Below are positions 50,605 through 60,119 of a DNA stretch of 64,000 nucleotides, piece by piece (within the stretch, counting starts at the first letter, position 1; each line of letters starts with the position of its first letter). A program made the position numbers and the translations under genes. Where the stretch lies: the NCBI GenBank assembly GCA_965208905.1, contig OZ242365.1:416001-480000 (forward strand), read 5' to 3'. Origin of the DNA: Nitrosopumilaceae archaeon. Its GTDB lineage: Archaea > Thermoproteota > Nitrososphaeria > Nitrososphaerales > Nitrosopumilaceae. A model generated the notes under the pieces. It had not been told where the DNA came from, searched no databases, and worked only from the letters and a program-made list of their open reading frames with translations.

Positions 50605-53600
50605 ATGTCGGCACTACCGTTGCCCACCTCAGTCATTATGTCCGCTGTGCTTGTCTTGCTTGCGGTGATGATGATGCCTACGGTTGCATTGGCCCAGTCG
50701 GAGGGCGTGGTAGACGTGCAGGCCACCTTTGATGCACTTGATGAACCAAGATGGATATCTACAACCACCACCGAATCGGGCAGTACGTACGCCTTGGTGG
50801 CAAGCTTTCTGGACAACGCCGTCCAAGTGATAGACGTGACAGATCCAACTAACCCGATACCAGTTGCCAGCCTGCGGGACGGAGAAGACGGCTTTGAGGC
50901 GCTTGCAGGTCCGTTCGATATAGATATTGTTACCTCATCTGGAACCACATATGTTCTAGTGGCAAGCTATCTGGATAACGCCGTCCAAGTGATAGATATG
51001 AGCGACCCGACCTCACCTATACCTGTGACTGCTATTCAAGATGGAGTGGACGGCTTTGAGGAGCTGGCAGCAGCAATTAGCCTAGCGATAGTCAACACAC
51101 AGAGCAACACATACGCCCTGGTGGCGAGCTTTGAAGACGATGGCATCCAGGTGATAGACATGACTAATCCGGCCGCTCCTTTGCCGGCTGGCGCCATAAT
51201 CGATGGCGAGAACGGCTTTGATCTGGTCAAACCATCACATATAGACATTACCACAATATCTGATCGCACCTATGCCTTGGTAACAAGTTATGCGAGAAGC
51301 TATGTCCAAATAATCGATGTGACCGACCCGAATGCCCCGTCATTGGTGGCCATCATACAAGATGACGAGGGCGGTTTTGAGGCCCTCCAAACCGTAAGCC
51401 GTGTAGAGGTTGTTGCCGCATCAGGCAGCACGTACGTACTGGCATCTGGCTATGCAGACAACGCCATCCAAGTGATAGACGTGACTAATCCGGCCAACCC
51501 CTTGCCGGCAGGTGTCCTAGCTGATGGCGAAGATGGCTTTGACGGACTTGAAGGTGCAAGCAGCATGACCACCATCACGGTGTCTGACCGCACTTATGTG
51601 CTGGTAGCGAGTTACTTGGATGATGCTATACAGGTAATCGATGTGACAGATCCATCGGCACCAGTAGCGGTAACCGTCATCTATGATGTACAGGATGCAC
51701 CGGCCGTAGACCTTGGTGTAATGGACTCAGCAGTGGACCCGCTCACTATCCCAGACAGGTTTGATATTAGCGACATTGAAGCAAGGGTGGTGTCCGCGGT
51801 GACGGACGCGGTTCTCCGATATAATGTCGGTGGGGAAGATTCCTTTGAGGCCATGGAGATGCAGGTCAGGCATGCTCCCAGTACATTCGTCTTTAGCGCC
51901 GATGCAGGCAGTGTAGTTGCCCACAACGTAGATTCTAGTCTGGAAGGCACCTTCCGAACCACCCTCAGCCAGGCAGACAGGCCGCTGGATGTTATTCTAA
52001 ATGATATCTCGGTAAACGGTGGCACTTGGGTGAATCACATGTTCCCACATCCGGATACTAGCATAACCCAGCAAAAGCGCTCTTGGCTATACGAGCACGA
52101 CGGGTACATCTTTGGTTCTGGCTACTACCTGCACGACACAAGGGTCCAGGAACTGGTGGAAGGTGCAGTAGATAGATACAAGTCGGATGGAGCGGCAGCC
52201 TTTGATGGAGCTGTCTTGGCAGACGGTCCATCCATATTCGTTCATGTGGATAATACCTCGGACACACTACTCCACAACGCTGTCCAGTCATATGAGCAGA
52301 TCATCGGCGAGTTGGAGGTATACGGACACGCCTGGATATCATACATCTCTCAGAACCCCGGTGCAAACACGCAACAGACAACGCGCATGTGGCTGGAGAT
52401 GCATGATGAACACATCTTTGGTTCCGGCTATTACCTGCCAGACTCGCGTATCCAATCCCAAGTCGAGGGTGCCCGTCTTCTGTATCAGTCCAACAGCGAG
52501 GCCGCCTTTGAGATCATCACCCCGGAGGTGCCTGCCCACACGGATGCCCTCTATCCATTCATACTGAACTTTAACGACTCTAGGACCGTGGCCCACGGTG
52601 CTTTTCCGGCCAAGCTGGATAAGATACCGGTTACGTCCCTCCACCAGGCCGATAGGCCGTGGCCCCAGATTCAGGAAGAGATGCTCGCGGACGGAGATGC
52701 ATGGGCATCCTACGTCTTTATAAATCCGGATACCAATACCTTTCAGCTCAAGCGAAGCTACTTGCAGCTGCACGATGGATACACCTTCGCATCCGGCTAC
52801 TACCTCCCTGATGCCCGGGTGCAGGCAGTGGTAGACTTGGCCGTCGCCAGCTACAGGTCCATAGGTGAAGACGCGTTTGAGGCAATCAACCAAGGTACAG
52901 GATCACACGACGACTCTCACTATGCTACCGTTCTGACACAGACGGGCACAGTAGTAGCCAGCGGTGCCCCGCCGGGTTTCGTGGAGGATGTCGACGGACT
53001 TCCGGTGAGCGGCGACAGGGATTCATTGGCAGTTTATGAGGATCTGGCCGAAGACGGAAGCGCGTGGTTTGAGCTGCCAGTCACAAACCCAGCAACCGGT
53101 ACAGAACAGATTAAGCGCTCGTGGCTGTACCTGTACGACGATCTCCTCTTTACGTCCGGCTATTACATTCCAGAATCTGAGGCCCAGTCGGTGGTAGACC
53201 GCACCGTGTTCCTGTACGTGAACGAGGGTGAGGCTGCATTCGACATGATAACCCCCGAGGTGTCGGCAAGTACGGATGCCCTCTATCCGTTCGTGATGGA
53301 CTTTGCCACCTCAGAGACCGTTGCCCATGGAGCCTATCCACATCTAGTGGAAAAAGTACCGGCCACATCCCTCCACCAGGGAGCAAAAACGTGGCCTCAA
53401 ATTCAGGAAGAACTGCTAGCCAACGGCGGCACCTGGACATCATACGTCTTTGCAAACCCTGACACGGACACTACCCAAGACAAGCGCACGTGGCTGTACC
53501 TGCACGATGGATATGTATTCGCAGCCGGCTATTACATCCGAGACTCCCAAGTTCAAGCCATTGTTCATAATGCAATACTGACGTACCAGGCAGATCCAGA

Positions 53601-53922
53601 TAACGCGTTTGCGGCCATCGATGCCCTCTCCGAGGGAGATCCCACGGATACCTATCCGTTCGTCCTCAACGCGGAAACCTACGTGATCGAGGCCCATGGT
53701 GCCAACCCGGCCAGGAATGGCGATATCGGAGTGGCGCTCACCGAGGCTGACAGGACAGCTGAGGATATCTTGGCAGATCTAGAGGCTAATAGGGGCACGT
53801 GGTCCCACTACACGTTCGTGAACCCACTTACTGGTGAGGAAGAGCAAAAGCGTACGTGGCTGTCGCTGCACGACGGATACATATTCGGATCAGGCTACTA
53901 CAACTTTAATGTCACCAGATAA
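50605..53922 (+). CDS. secreted protein with six LVIVD-type repeats and six tandem single-Cache-like domains
   Basis: Signal peptide ending ALA-Q; 6x TY.LV.S...VQVID.TDP; 6x W..Y...NP.T....K..W...HDG.IF.SGYY. Confidence 0.8.
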   Translation: MSALPLPTSVIMSAVLVLLAVMMMPTVALAQSEGVVDVQATFDALDEPRWISTTTTESGSTYALVASFLDNAVQVIDVTDPTNPIPVASLRDGEDGFEALAGPFDIDIVTSSGTTYVLVASYLDNAVQVIDMSDPTSPIPVTAIQDGVDGFEELAAAISLAIVNTQSNTYALVASFEDDGIQVIDMTNPAAPLPAGAIIDGENGFDLVKPSHIDITTISDRTYALVTSYARSYVQIIDVTDPNAPSLVAIIQDDEGGFEALQTVSRVEVVAASGSTYVLASGYADNAIQVIDVTNPANPLPAGVLADGEDGFDGLEGASSMTTITVSDRTYVLVASYLDDAIQVIDVTDPSAPVAVTVIYDVQDAPAVDLGVMDSAVDPLTIPDRFDISDIEARVVSAVTDAVLRYNVGGEDSFEAMEMQVRHAPSTFVFSADAGSVVAHNVDSSLEGTFRTTLSQADRPLDVILNDISVNGGTWVNHMFPHPDTSITQQKRSWLYEHDGYIFGSGYYLHDTRVQELVEGAVDRYKSDGAAAFDGAVLADGPSIFVHVDNTSDTLLHNAVQSYEQIIGELEVYGHAWISYISQNPGANTQQTTRMWLEMHDEHIFGSGYYLPDSRIQSQVEGARLLYQSNSEAAFEIITPEVPAHTDALYPFILNFNDSRTVAHGAFPAKLDKIPVTSLHQADRPWPQIQEEMLADGDAWASYVFINPDTNTFQLKRSYLQLHDGYTFASGYYLPDARVQAVVDLAVASYRSIGEDAFEAINQGTGSHDDSHYATVLTQTGTVVASGAPPGFVEDVDGLPVSGDRDSLAVYEDLAEDGSAWFELPVTNPATGTEQIKRSWLYLYDDLLFTSGYYIPESEAQSVVDRTVFLYVNEGEAAFDMITPEVSASTDALYPFVMDFATSETVAHGAYPHLVEKVPATSLHQGAKTWPQIQEELLANGGTWTSYVFANPDTDTTQDKRTWLYLHDGYVFAAGYYIRDSQVQAIVHNAILTYQADPDNAFAAIDALSEGDPTDTYPFVLNAETYVIEAHGANPARNGDIGVALTEADRTAEDILADLEANRGTWSHYTFVNPLTGEEEQKRTWLSLHDGYIFGSGYYNFNVTR

Positions 53923-54001
53923 CTGCAAGATACCAAGTGTCGTCTGAACGACCACGTATTTCCGGAATCCGCACCTGTCCTTACAAGAAGAACCCCTCAT
54001 A

Positions 54002-54172
54002 GGTTCTGGGAAATCAACGGGACATGACATGTAGTGGGAAATTAGGGACATAAAAAATGAGGGATTAAGATGTTGATTCTGCGGCTGCTCGAATGAGGGT
54101 TAGGTACTTGCTATTGCCCTCGATAGTGATACCTGCGGCTTCCATGTCATGTCCCGTTGATTTCCCAGAACC
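54002..54172 (+). mobile_element. 171-bp MITE, copy 1
   Basis: 30-bp perfect TIR GGTTCTGGGAAATCAACGGGACATGACATG; flanks CCCTCATA and AATATTGC do not match. Confidence 0.93.
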
Positions 54173-54397
54173 AATATTGCGTAGAGTTTATAACGTAGTG
54201 TTGTGTCTTAAAAATGGTGTCAAGCGTCGTCCGTGCCGGTCCCGTAATGTTAATCAGTTCATGTACCGTCAATTATTTTACTGGTTAACGGCACCAATCA
54301 TCTTATATACTACAAATGTGTATGATACACGACGGCACATGAAAAGATGTTATATAATTAGGGTTATCGTAAAATTTGCTTTGGGGTGGTGCGCGTA

Positions 54398-54544
54398 ATG
54401 CCGCGCCGGCCCAAGTGGATACATGGCATGTGTGATACGTGCAGAGTTGCTGTATGGGTATTTGTTCGGCGAACCGCACACGGATATATCGTACTGGACA
54501 GTTGCGGCACGTGTGGTCATGCCGAGAGGGGAATTTTACGATGA
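54398..54544 (+). CDS. 48-aa zinc-ribbon protein
   Basis: MPRRPKWIHGMCDTC...DSCGTCGH; TAATG and ATGA coupling. Confidence 0.6.
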   Translation: MPRRPKWIHGMCDTCRVAVWVFVRRTAHGYIVLDSCGTCGHAERGILR

Positions 54545-54648
54545 CGCCGGCACAGCGACAACGATACAATGAGGAGCGCAGCAATACTATAAACACCAGG
54601 AACCGCAAACGATACGCCGAAAGAAGACAACAGGAGCCAACACTATGA
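54541..54648 (+). CDS. 35-aa basic mini-protein
   Basis: ATGA overlaps on both sides. Confidence 0.5.
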   Translation: MTPAQRQRYNEERSNTINTRNRKRYAERRQQEPTL

Positions 54649-54806
54649 AGTGTGTAATGGACATATGCGTTAAGTGTGGTGTGTCCGAGAGAGTCGCGTA
54701 TGCGATACTATGGGAGATAATGGGAAGTGACGAGCCGGCACAGAAAATCAACGATACCGTATGCGGACTGCAAAGGGTGTTACATGAGATGGAGGGTGAG
54801 GTATGA
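54645..54806 (+). CDS. 53-aa mini-protein
   Basis: MKCVMDICVKCGVSERVAYAIL...; GGAG upstream; ATGA overlaps. Confidence 0.55.
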   Translation: MKCVMDICVKCGVSERVAYAILWEIMGSDEPAQKINDTVCGLQRVLHEMEGEV

Positions 54807-55227
54807 GTTTTGATTTTGGATGGTTCTGGGAAATCAACGGGACATGACATGTAGTGGGAAATTAGGGACATAAAAAATGAGGGATTAAGATGTTGATTCT
54901 GCGGCTGCTCGAATGAGGGTTAGGTACTTGCTATTGCCCTCGATAGTGATACCTGCGGCTTCCATGTCATGTCCCGTTGATTTCCCAGAACCTTTTGGAT
55001 ATCATGGCCGCATGATTGGGTTGAGGCCGTCCATGATCCATTATATCGAAAACACCGCAGAGATCTATAGGCGTGGCGTCATATGCTCACATGTAGGCCT
55101 TATGGCACCTGGCATGACACACTACAATAAGTATAGCCAGTTGGCCAGTATGTTATTAGATAGATTTTGGGCGTATGAGGAGCAGCGAAAGAGAGACGCC
55201 TCCCCATTATTGAGGGTGAGAGCATGA
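54803..55227 (+). pseudogene. 81-aa ORF interrupted by MITE copy 2
   Basis: Removing the MITE and one TSD restores MSFDFGYHGRMIGLRP...LRVRA. Confidence 0.7.
54822..54992 (+). mobile_element. 171-bp MITE, copy 2
   Basis: Identical to copy 1; perfect TSD TTTTGGAT at 54814-54821 and 54993-55000. Confidence 0.95.
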
Positions 55228-55367
55228 CTACACTTACCAGATATCTTAGGCCGGCATGGATTACCTTCCATACGCCATACCGGCCTTATGACATCCCATC
55301 TTGTATATGTACACACTCCCTTTTTACTTTTCATGAAAAACTGACAACCCAGGAGGTATTAGTATGA
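55224..55367 (+). CDS. 47-aa mini-protein
   Basis: ATGA overlaps on both sides. Confidence 0.45.
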   Translation: MTTLTRYLRPAWITFHTPYRPYDIPSCICTHSLFTFHEKLTTQEVLV

Positions 55368-55486
55368 GGGAGATCGAAAAACAGGTTATTCAGATGCAAA
55401 AGGATCTACTGTTGGAAAAACAAGTACGTATATTAGATCAAATCGAGGCAAGAAAGGCCGCCAAGAACCAGGAGGCAAGCGGTTAA
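55364..55486 (+). CDS. 40-aa coiled-coil mini-protein
   Basis: GGAGGT upstream; MREIEKQVIQMQKDLLLEKQVRILDQIEARK... Confidence 0.6.
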   Translation: MREIEKQVIQMQKDLLLEKQVRILDQIEARKAAKNQEASG

Positions 55487-55617
55487 TGTCTTGTAGTATG
55501 TTTGATGCTTGTGTGATAGCAGGTTTATCGGAAAGAGAGTCATGGCGAGTACTCAAAATACTAAACAGTCCAAAACAAAACGACAACCCAACATCCAGGG
55601 AGGCAGTACATCAATGA
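55486..55617 (+). CDS. 43-aa mini-protein, probable paralogue of 54645-54806
   Basis: GGAGG upstream; shared D.CV..G.SER motif. Confidence 0.55.
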   Translation: MSCSMFDACVIAGLSERESWRVLKILNSPKQNDNPTSREAVHQ

Positions 55618-56210
55618 CTGATTATACCCAATCCGATCTTCTAAAACGTGGTTGGAGTCTTGGATTAATTAAAAAATTACTAGGCGAGCCAGATCGGTTA
55701 GAGCGTAACCCATATCGCAGAACGGCACCACCAATGAAATTATACCTAACGGCCCGCGTGACCGAGGCGGAAAAAACACAGTCATTCATAGACAAGCAAG
55801 CCAAAAACAGTATACGACAAGAGGCGGCACGTAAGGCGATAGAGACAAAGAGATCTAACATACTGCAATACGCAAACTCGGTTAAGATAACGTACAGGTT
55901 CCCGGATTGCAGCGATGATGAGTTAAGAGATCTTGCCGTCAAGCATAGACAAGAACTTGATGGTGATTACTACGATAATCGTGATTATACATCAGCACCC
56001 GAAGATGTTACACAGCGTTGGATCGTAAACTATTTGCGGCACATATGCAGCACATACGACAATAGTCTTATTGACACATTCAAGAAAACTGGAAGGGATG
56101 AGGCGCACCACGTGATAAAGTGTAGGGTGTTAGATCATATCGCCGATGTATACCCTCAATTACGTAATGCGTGTAATAATCAAAGACACGATTGGAGAAG
56201 ATCGTTCTAA
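55614..56210 (+). CDS. mobile-element hypothetical protein
   Basis: GGAGG upstream; L.KRGW....IKK.LGEPD...NP....PM.LY...RV..AE and NYLRH....YD motifs. Confidence 0.75.
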   Translation: MTDYTQSDLLKRGWSLGLIKKLLGEPDRLERNPYRRTAPPMKLYLTARVTEAEKTQSFIDKQAKNSIRQEAARKAIETKRSNILQYANSVKITYRFPDCSDDELRDLAVKHRQELDGDYYDNRDYTSAPEDVTQRWIVNYLRHICSTYDNSLIDTFKKTGRDEAHHVIKCRVLDHIADVYPQLRNACNNQRHDWRRSF

Positions 56211-56321
56211 TGACGTCACTGACCACCAATATGTCATATGTAAAGGTGAGAATCAAATAGCCGACATTAAAGAGGCATTCCCTCTATGTGGGGGAGGGGG
56301 AATGCAAAGGGGGAGGGGGAG

Positions 56322-58403
56322 ATGAGTACAGAGTTCATATTCAATTTTCGGTATTACGGTGATGAGTGTGGTTTAACACCGTCAGAGATCGAAATAGTCA
56401 AGGACGGTATAACAGAGGAGAGGCAGCCCTCGATGATCATGCGTGATGTTGGCAGAGTGGCCATTATACAACATGGCCATGTATACGGAATAGAGCGAGC
56501 CGTCAAAACCCGTGAGTTGTTACAAAAATACTATGAAGAAATGTACAAACACACCGGAGAGCATTACAGTAATCCGCAACCCAAAAGCATGAACATACCG
56601 GCACTGACACAGGACGCATTAAAGGCCGAGGTGAACAAACCCGCATGGAAGCACAAACAAAAATGGAACAAACAGATTGACAATTATGAGGATACAGGGA
56701 AGGCTGATTATGATTATACGGCACGTGACATTGTGAGATATTTCAGAATTGGAAAATATAACAAGATCGGCGGAAAGTATAGATTCTACTTTCAACCCGA
56801 AGGATTCAAAAACTTACACATCCCTATCAATGCTGAGGGATTAAGACATCTTGTGTCATCATTACCGGACAGCGACACAATCGACATAACACCAAACACG
56901 ATCAAAGAGACCGCCAAAATGATTGAGTATAGGAGTCGTAATGTTGAAGGTTGGGATCTTGATACCAACTTAATCAACTTGAAAAATGGAATGTACAACG
57001 TAAAGGACGGATCGTTAACACCACATTATGAAGTCAAGAATCATTCGTTAATGCAATGCCCTGGCAATTACAACCCAGACGCCCCACAGCCAAAACGGTT
57101 TGATCAGTGGATGAATGATGTTACTCAGGGAGATAAGGAGACAAGACATGAGTTATTAGATGCGTTTGCCCAGGTTATAGATCCCAACGGCCATTTAGGT
57201 AAGTTGTATTTTTTGATAGGCGGACAAGGCACGGGTAAGAGTACGGCTCAGGACTTTTTAGAGTCGTTTGTTGGTGATACAGATAGAAAGACAAATTACC
57301 ATAGTGTGGAGACATTGCAGCAAACAGGGAGTCGTTTTGGCGGCTCCATGACAATAGACAAGTATCTTAATTCTGCACGTGACAACAGTTATGAGATTTC
57401 TGTTAAATCTGTTGAAAAACTCAAATTAATGGCAACGGATGAACCCACAAGTGTTGAGATAAAGGGTGTGAGTCTGGCCGATACAGGCCCGACCCCGCCG
57501 ACCAGGACGCTTAACGTTTACAGTCTAAACATGTGGCCAATATTCGAGAAGTCATCACTAGATGATAGTGGATTTATTGAGCGATTGAAATTCATTCAAT
57601 TTCATGTACAGTTCAGAGATACCAAACGGGAGAATAGAGACATTGCAAAGGAGATACTAGCCGAGGAGTTAGACGGGATTGTAACACATAGACTCATTCC
57701 ACGCATAATAGAAAACCGCAAACGTATGTTAAGACCAAAGTATCAAAAAACAGTGAGTGAGATCAGAGCCGAATTACAAGGTCTGTTATACGACCTGGGA
57801 GAATTTAAACAACATTGTATTTTTGATGCTGCACATGAGACCACATCCAAACTAATGTTAGAGCGGTACAAGACCCACTGCATAAACACACAAACAGAGT
57901 ACAATGAAAAGAAATTATCCAAATGGCTAAATTCCAATGGCGCATACAAGATAAGAGGTAACCGTAAAGGCAAACGTGTACAGATGTGGAAAGGAGTTAG
58001 TTTAATCAATGATGGTAATGGTAACAGTATAACAGAGTACACTGAGGACGCCCCGACAGTGGAGACCAAGACCAAGCCGACAGTGGAGACCAAGACCAAG
58101 CCGACAGTGGAGACCAAGACCAAGCCGACAGTGGAGACCAAGACCAAGCAAGGAGAGTACGACCCGACCAACTGGCCGGAGGGAAAGCCGACACCCGCCC
58201 AGGTAAGACGCCAGGCAAAAGATATGAGTATGCCGGCATATGTAACAGATGTAGTCATTCGTAATCTTGATGATCATGATTATGATGTGAACGCTACAAT
58301 CAACCATGCCGTCAAGTTTTGGGAGTCGAAGGATACCACAACCCAACTAAAACAGAAAGAGCAACTTGTTGCTATGTTATGTGACTGGTTTAATTCAAGT
58401 TAG
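56322..58403 (+). CDS. D5/P4-like SF3 helicase (primase-helicase family)
   Basis: INLKNG.YN...G.L.PH (D5_N-like), Walker A GGQGTGKST, LK.M..D....E.K, N..P, R...I.F...F, wHTH-like C-terminal part. Confidence 0.85.
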   Translation: MSTEFIFNFRYYGDECGLTPSEIEIVKDGITEERQPSMIMRDVGRVAIIQHGHVYGIERAVKTRELLQKYYEEMYKHTGEHYSNPQPKSMNIPALTQDALKAEVNKPAWKHKQKWNKQIDNYEDTGKADYDYTARDIVRYFRIGKYNKIGGKYRFYFQPEGFKNLHIPINAEGLRHLVSSLPDSDTIDITPNTIKETAKMIEYRSRNVEGWDLDTNLINLKNGMYNVKDGSLTPHYEVKNHSLMQCPGNYNPDAPQPKRFDQWMNDVTQGDKETRHELLDAFAQVIDPNGHLGKLYFLIGGQGTGKSTAQDFLESFVGDTDRKTNYHSVETLQQTGSRFGGSMTIDKYLNSARDNSYEISVKSVEKLKLMATDEPTSVEIKGVSLADTGPTPPTRTLNVYSLNMWPIFEKSSLDDSGFIERLKFIQFHVQFRDTKRENRDIAKEILAEELDGIVTHRLIPRIIENRKRMLRPKYQKTVSEIRAELQGLLYDLGEFKQHCIFDAAHETTSKLMLERYKTHCINTQTEYNEKKLSKWLNSNGAYKIRGNRKGKRVQMWKGVSLINDGNGNSITEYTEDAPTVETKTKPTVETKTKPTVETKTKPTVETKTKQGEYDPTNWPEGKPTPAQVRRQAKDMSMPAYVTDVVIRNLDDHDYDVNATINHAVKFWESKDTTTQLKQKEQLVAMLCDWFNSS
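58053..58148 (+). repeat. 4 x 24-bp in-frame tandem repeat (PTVETKTK)
   Basis: CCGACAGTGGAGACCAAGACCAAG, four identical copies. Confidence 0.97.
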
Positions 58404-58486
58404 GTCAATCAAGCACGACTCTATGATCAATTTTACGATTTACAGGTATTAGATGTTAATATTTTTGATACATCATAACCCATCCG

Positions 58487-58569
58487 GAGTTATCAACGTT
58501 GGTTAATGGTTATGATCATACTGGAATTGAGTTATCAACGTTGGTTAATGGTTATGATCATACTGGAAT
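58487..58569 (+). repeat. 2 x 42-bp direct repeat
   Basis: GAGTTATCAACGTTGGTTAATGGTTATGATCATACTGGAAT(T) twice, followed by an AT-rich tract. Confidence 0.93.
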
Positions 58570-58680
58570 CATATGTATATTAATATCATATTATATGAAT
58601 ATATGGTCATACTAGTCATACTAAAATGCACATGAAAAGTATTGAAAAATGGTAATATGATAAAAGTATTGTGGAGATAT

Positions 58681-58851
58681 GGTTCTGGGAAATCAACGGG
58701 ACATGACATGGAAGCCGCAGGTATCACTATCGAGGGCAATAGCAAGTACCTAACCCTCATTCGAGCAGCCGCAGAATCAACATCTTAATCCCTCATTTTT
58801 TATGTCCCTAATTTCCCACTACATGTCATGTCCCGTTGATTTCCCAGAACC
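58681..58851 (-). mobile_element. 171-bp MITE, copy 3 (inverted)
   Basis: Reverse complement of copies 1 and 2; flanks GGAGATAT and GCAATATT. Confidence 0.95.
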
Positions 58852-58896
58852 GCAATATTCTATTGGACAAGACATCCAATGATATTGCATCGCTAA

Positions 58897-59100
58897 CTAG
58901 CACTCCAGCCGCCTCCGCACAATCTTTGACGGTCGGACACACAACCTTGATTTACAGCATACACACCTTGATCTATTGGTCTTGAAAACGGCATTGCATA
59001 TGATGCACACCTTGAAGGTATCGTAACGCCACCATAGTTTTGGCGGCGGCATGGCCGCTGATGTGATGCAAGCGCCACAGCAAACATAACATATTGTCAT
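58897..59100 (-). CDS. Cys-rich zinc-finger mini-protein
   Basis: CYVCCGAC...CIIC...RCVCC..RL. Confidence 0.6.
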   Translation of the reverse strand: MTICYVCCGACITSAAMPPPKLWWRYDTFKVCIICNAVFKTNRSRCVCCKSRLCVRPSKIVRRRLEC

Positions 59101-59631
59101 GGTGTAAACACCACGTTTTTAAAATCTAATTCGTCTCACCTAGACTCATGGCAATAATACTAATCGGTACTTAGTATAAAAAGGATTGCGTGTATTAATC
59201 GATTTTTAACTGCCATGAATCCAATCGATTAACAGACCGACACGCCCGGCATGGTAAACACATTATAGTGGTATATTATATCAATTTTTTGATTTGCGAT
59301 TCTCGTAGTCATGTGCTTATATTGTATACAATATAATTATATATAAACTCATCAATATAAGACTAGAAATAAAATACAAAATGGTTTATCTGCTGAATCG
59401 TTGTTTTATCTTTGTTATTATGTTGGGTTTAATGTTGCTTGTTGGTATACTATCGGCTGGCTGTGTGATTGGTGTTACGTCTGTGAGTTGGGGCGCCTTA
59501 TCACGTTGTACAAAATGGAACTGTTAAGATAGCGTGTGATGGTTAGCGCTGTCAAAAACGTGTGATAAGCACACACTGATGTATCGTAAAACACATGATT
59601 ACATGTGCATACAGGTAAAAAATAAAAAATA

Positions 59632-60078
59632 TTATTTTGATTTATTCCTACTCAACCAATCTTGTATCATCTCATCGACACATACCCATAGATGTTTACC
59701 TTGACTCTTGGCGGTCGATCTTACCTGGTTCCATAATATTGGGTTTACTTTTGGTCGTCTTTCTTTCAGTTCGTCGCGTTTTGACTGTATGATGTTTGGT
59801 CGCGCTGGCAGACTCGGCATGTTACTCTTGGTCTCTATACGTCTGATTATTGCATCGGTTATCGTATTGATGTATACATCCGCTTGGCGTGGCGTCACCT
59901 GTGTTACATCGTGTAATACAGGCGTTCCGTTCAACTCGGCAAGATATTTTTCTATGCCTTTTACCATTATATCGTTAATGGACGTCTTTGTTGTCTCTGA
60001 TAGTTTGCTCGCCTGTACGTGTAGCGGTCTAGGCATGCGGATCGTGTGTGATACTCTATCTCCTTTCTTTGCGGTCAT
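59632..60078 (-). CDS. protein with two ribbon-helix-helix-like domains
   Basis: SHTIRMPRPLH..ASKLS.....SINDIMVKGIEKYL and RPKVNP.LW..VR..AK.QGK.LW..VDEMIQDWL. Confidence 0.7.
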   Translation of the reverse strand: MTAKKGDRVSHTIRMPRPLHVQASKLSETTKTSINDIMVKGIEKYLAELNGTPVLHDVTQVTPRQADVYINTITDAIIRRIETKSNMPSLPARPNIIQSKRDELKERRPKVNPILWNQVRSTAKSQGKHLWVCVDEMIQDWLSRNKSK

Positions 60079-60119
60079 ACCTGTATACACATGATTACAG
60101 GTATTTTAGTGATTGCAAA

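Noticed and set aside
54093-54172. MITE-encoded peptide MRVRYLLLPSIVIPAASMSCPVDFPEP in three ORFs
   Set aside because: An open frame running out through the TIR into unrelated flanks; no evidence of function, although it fuses in frame to both broken genes
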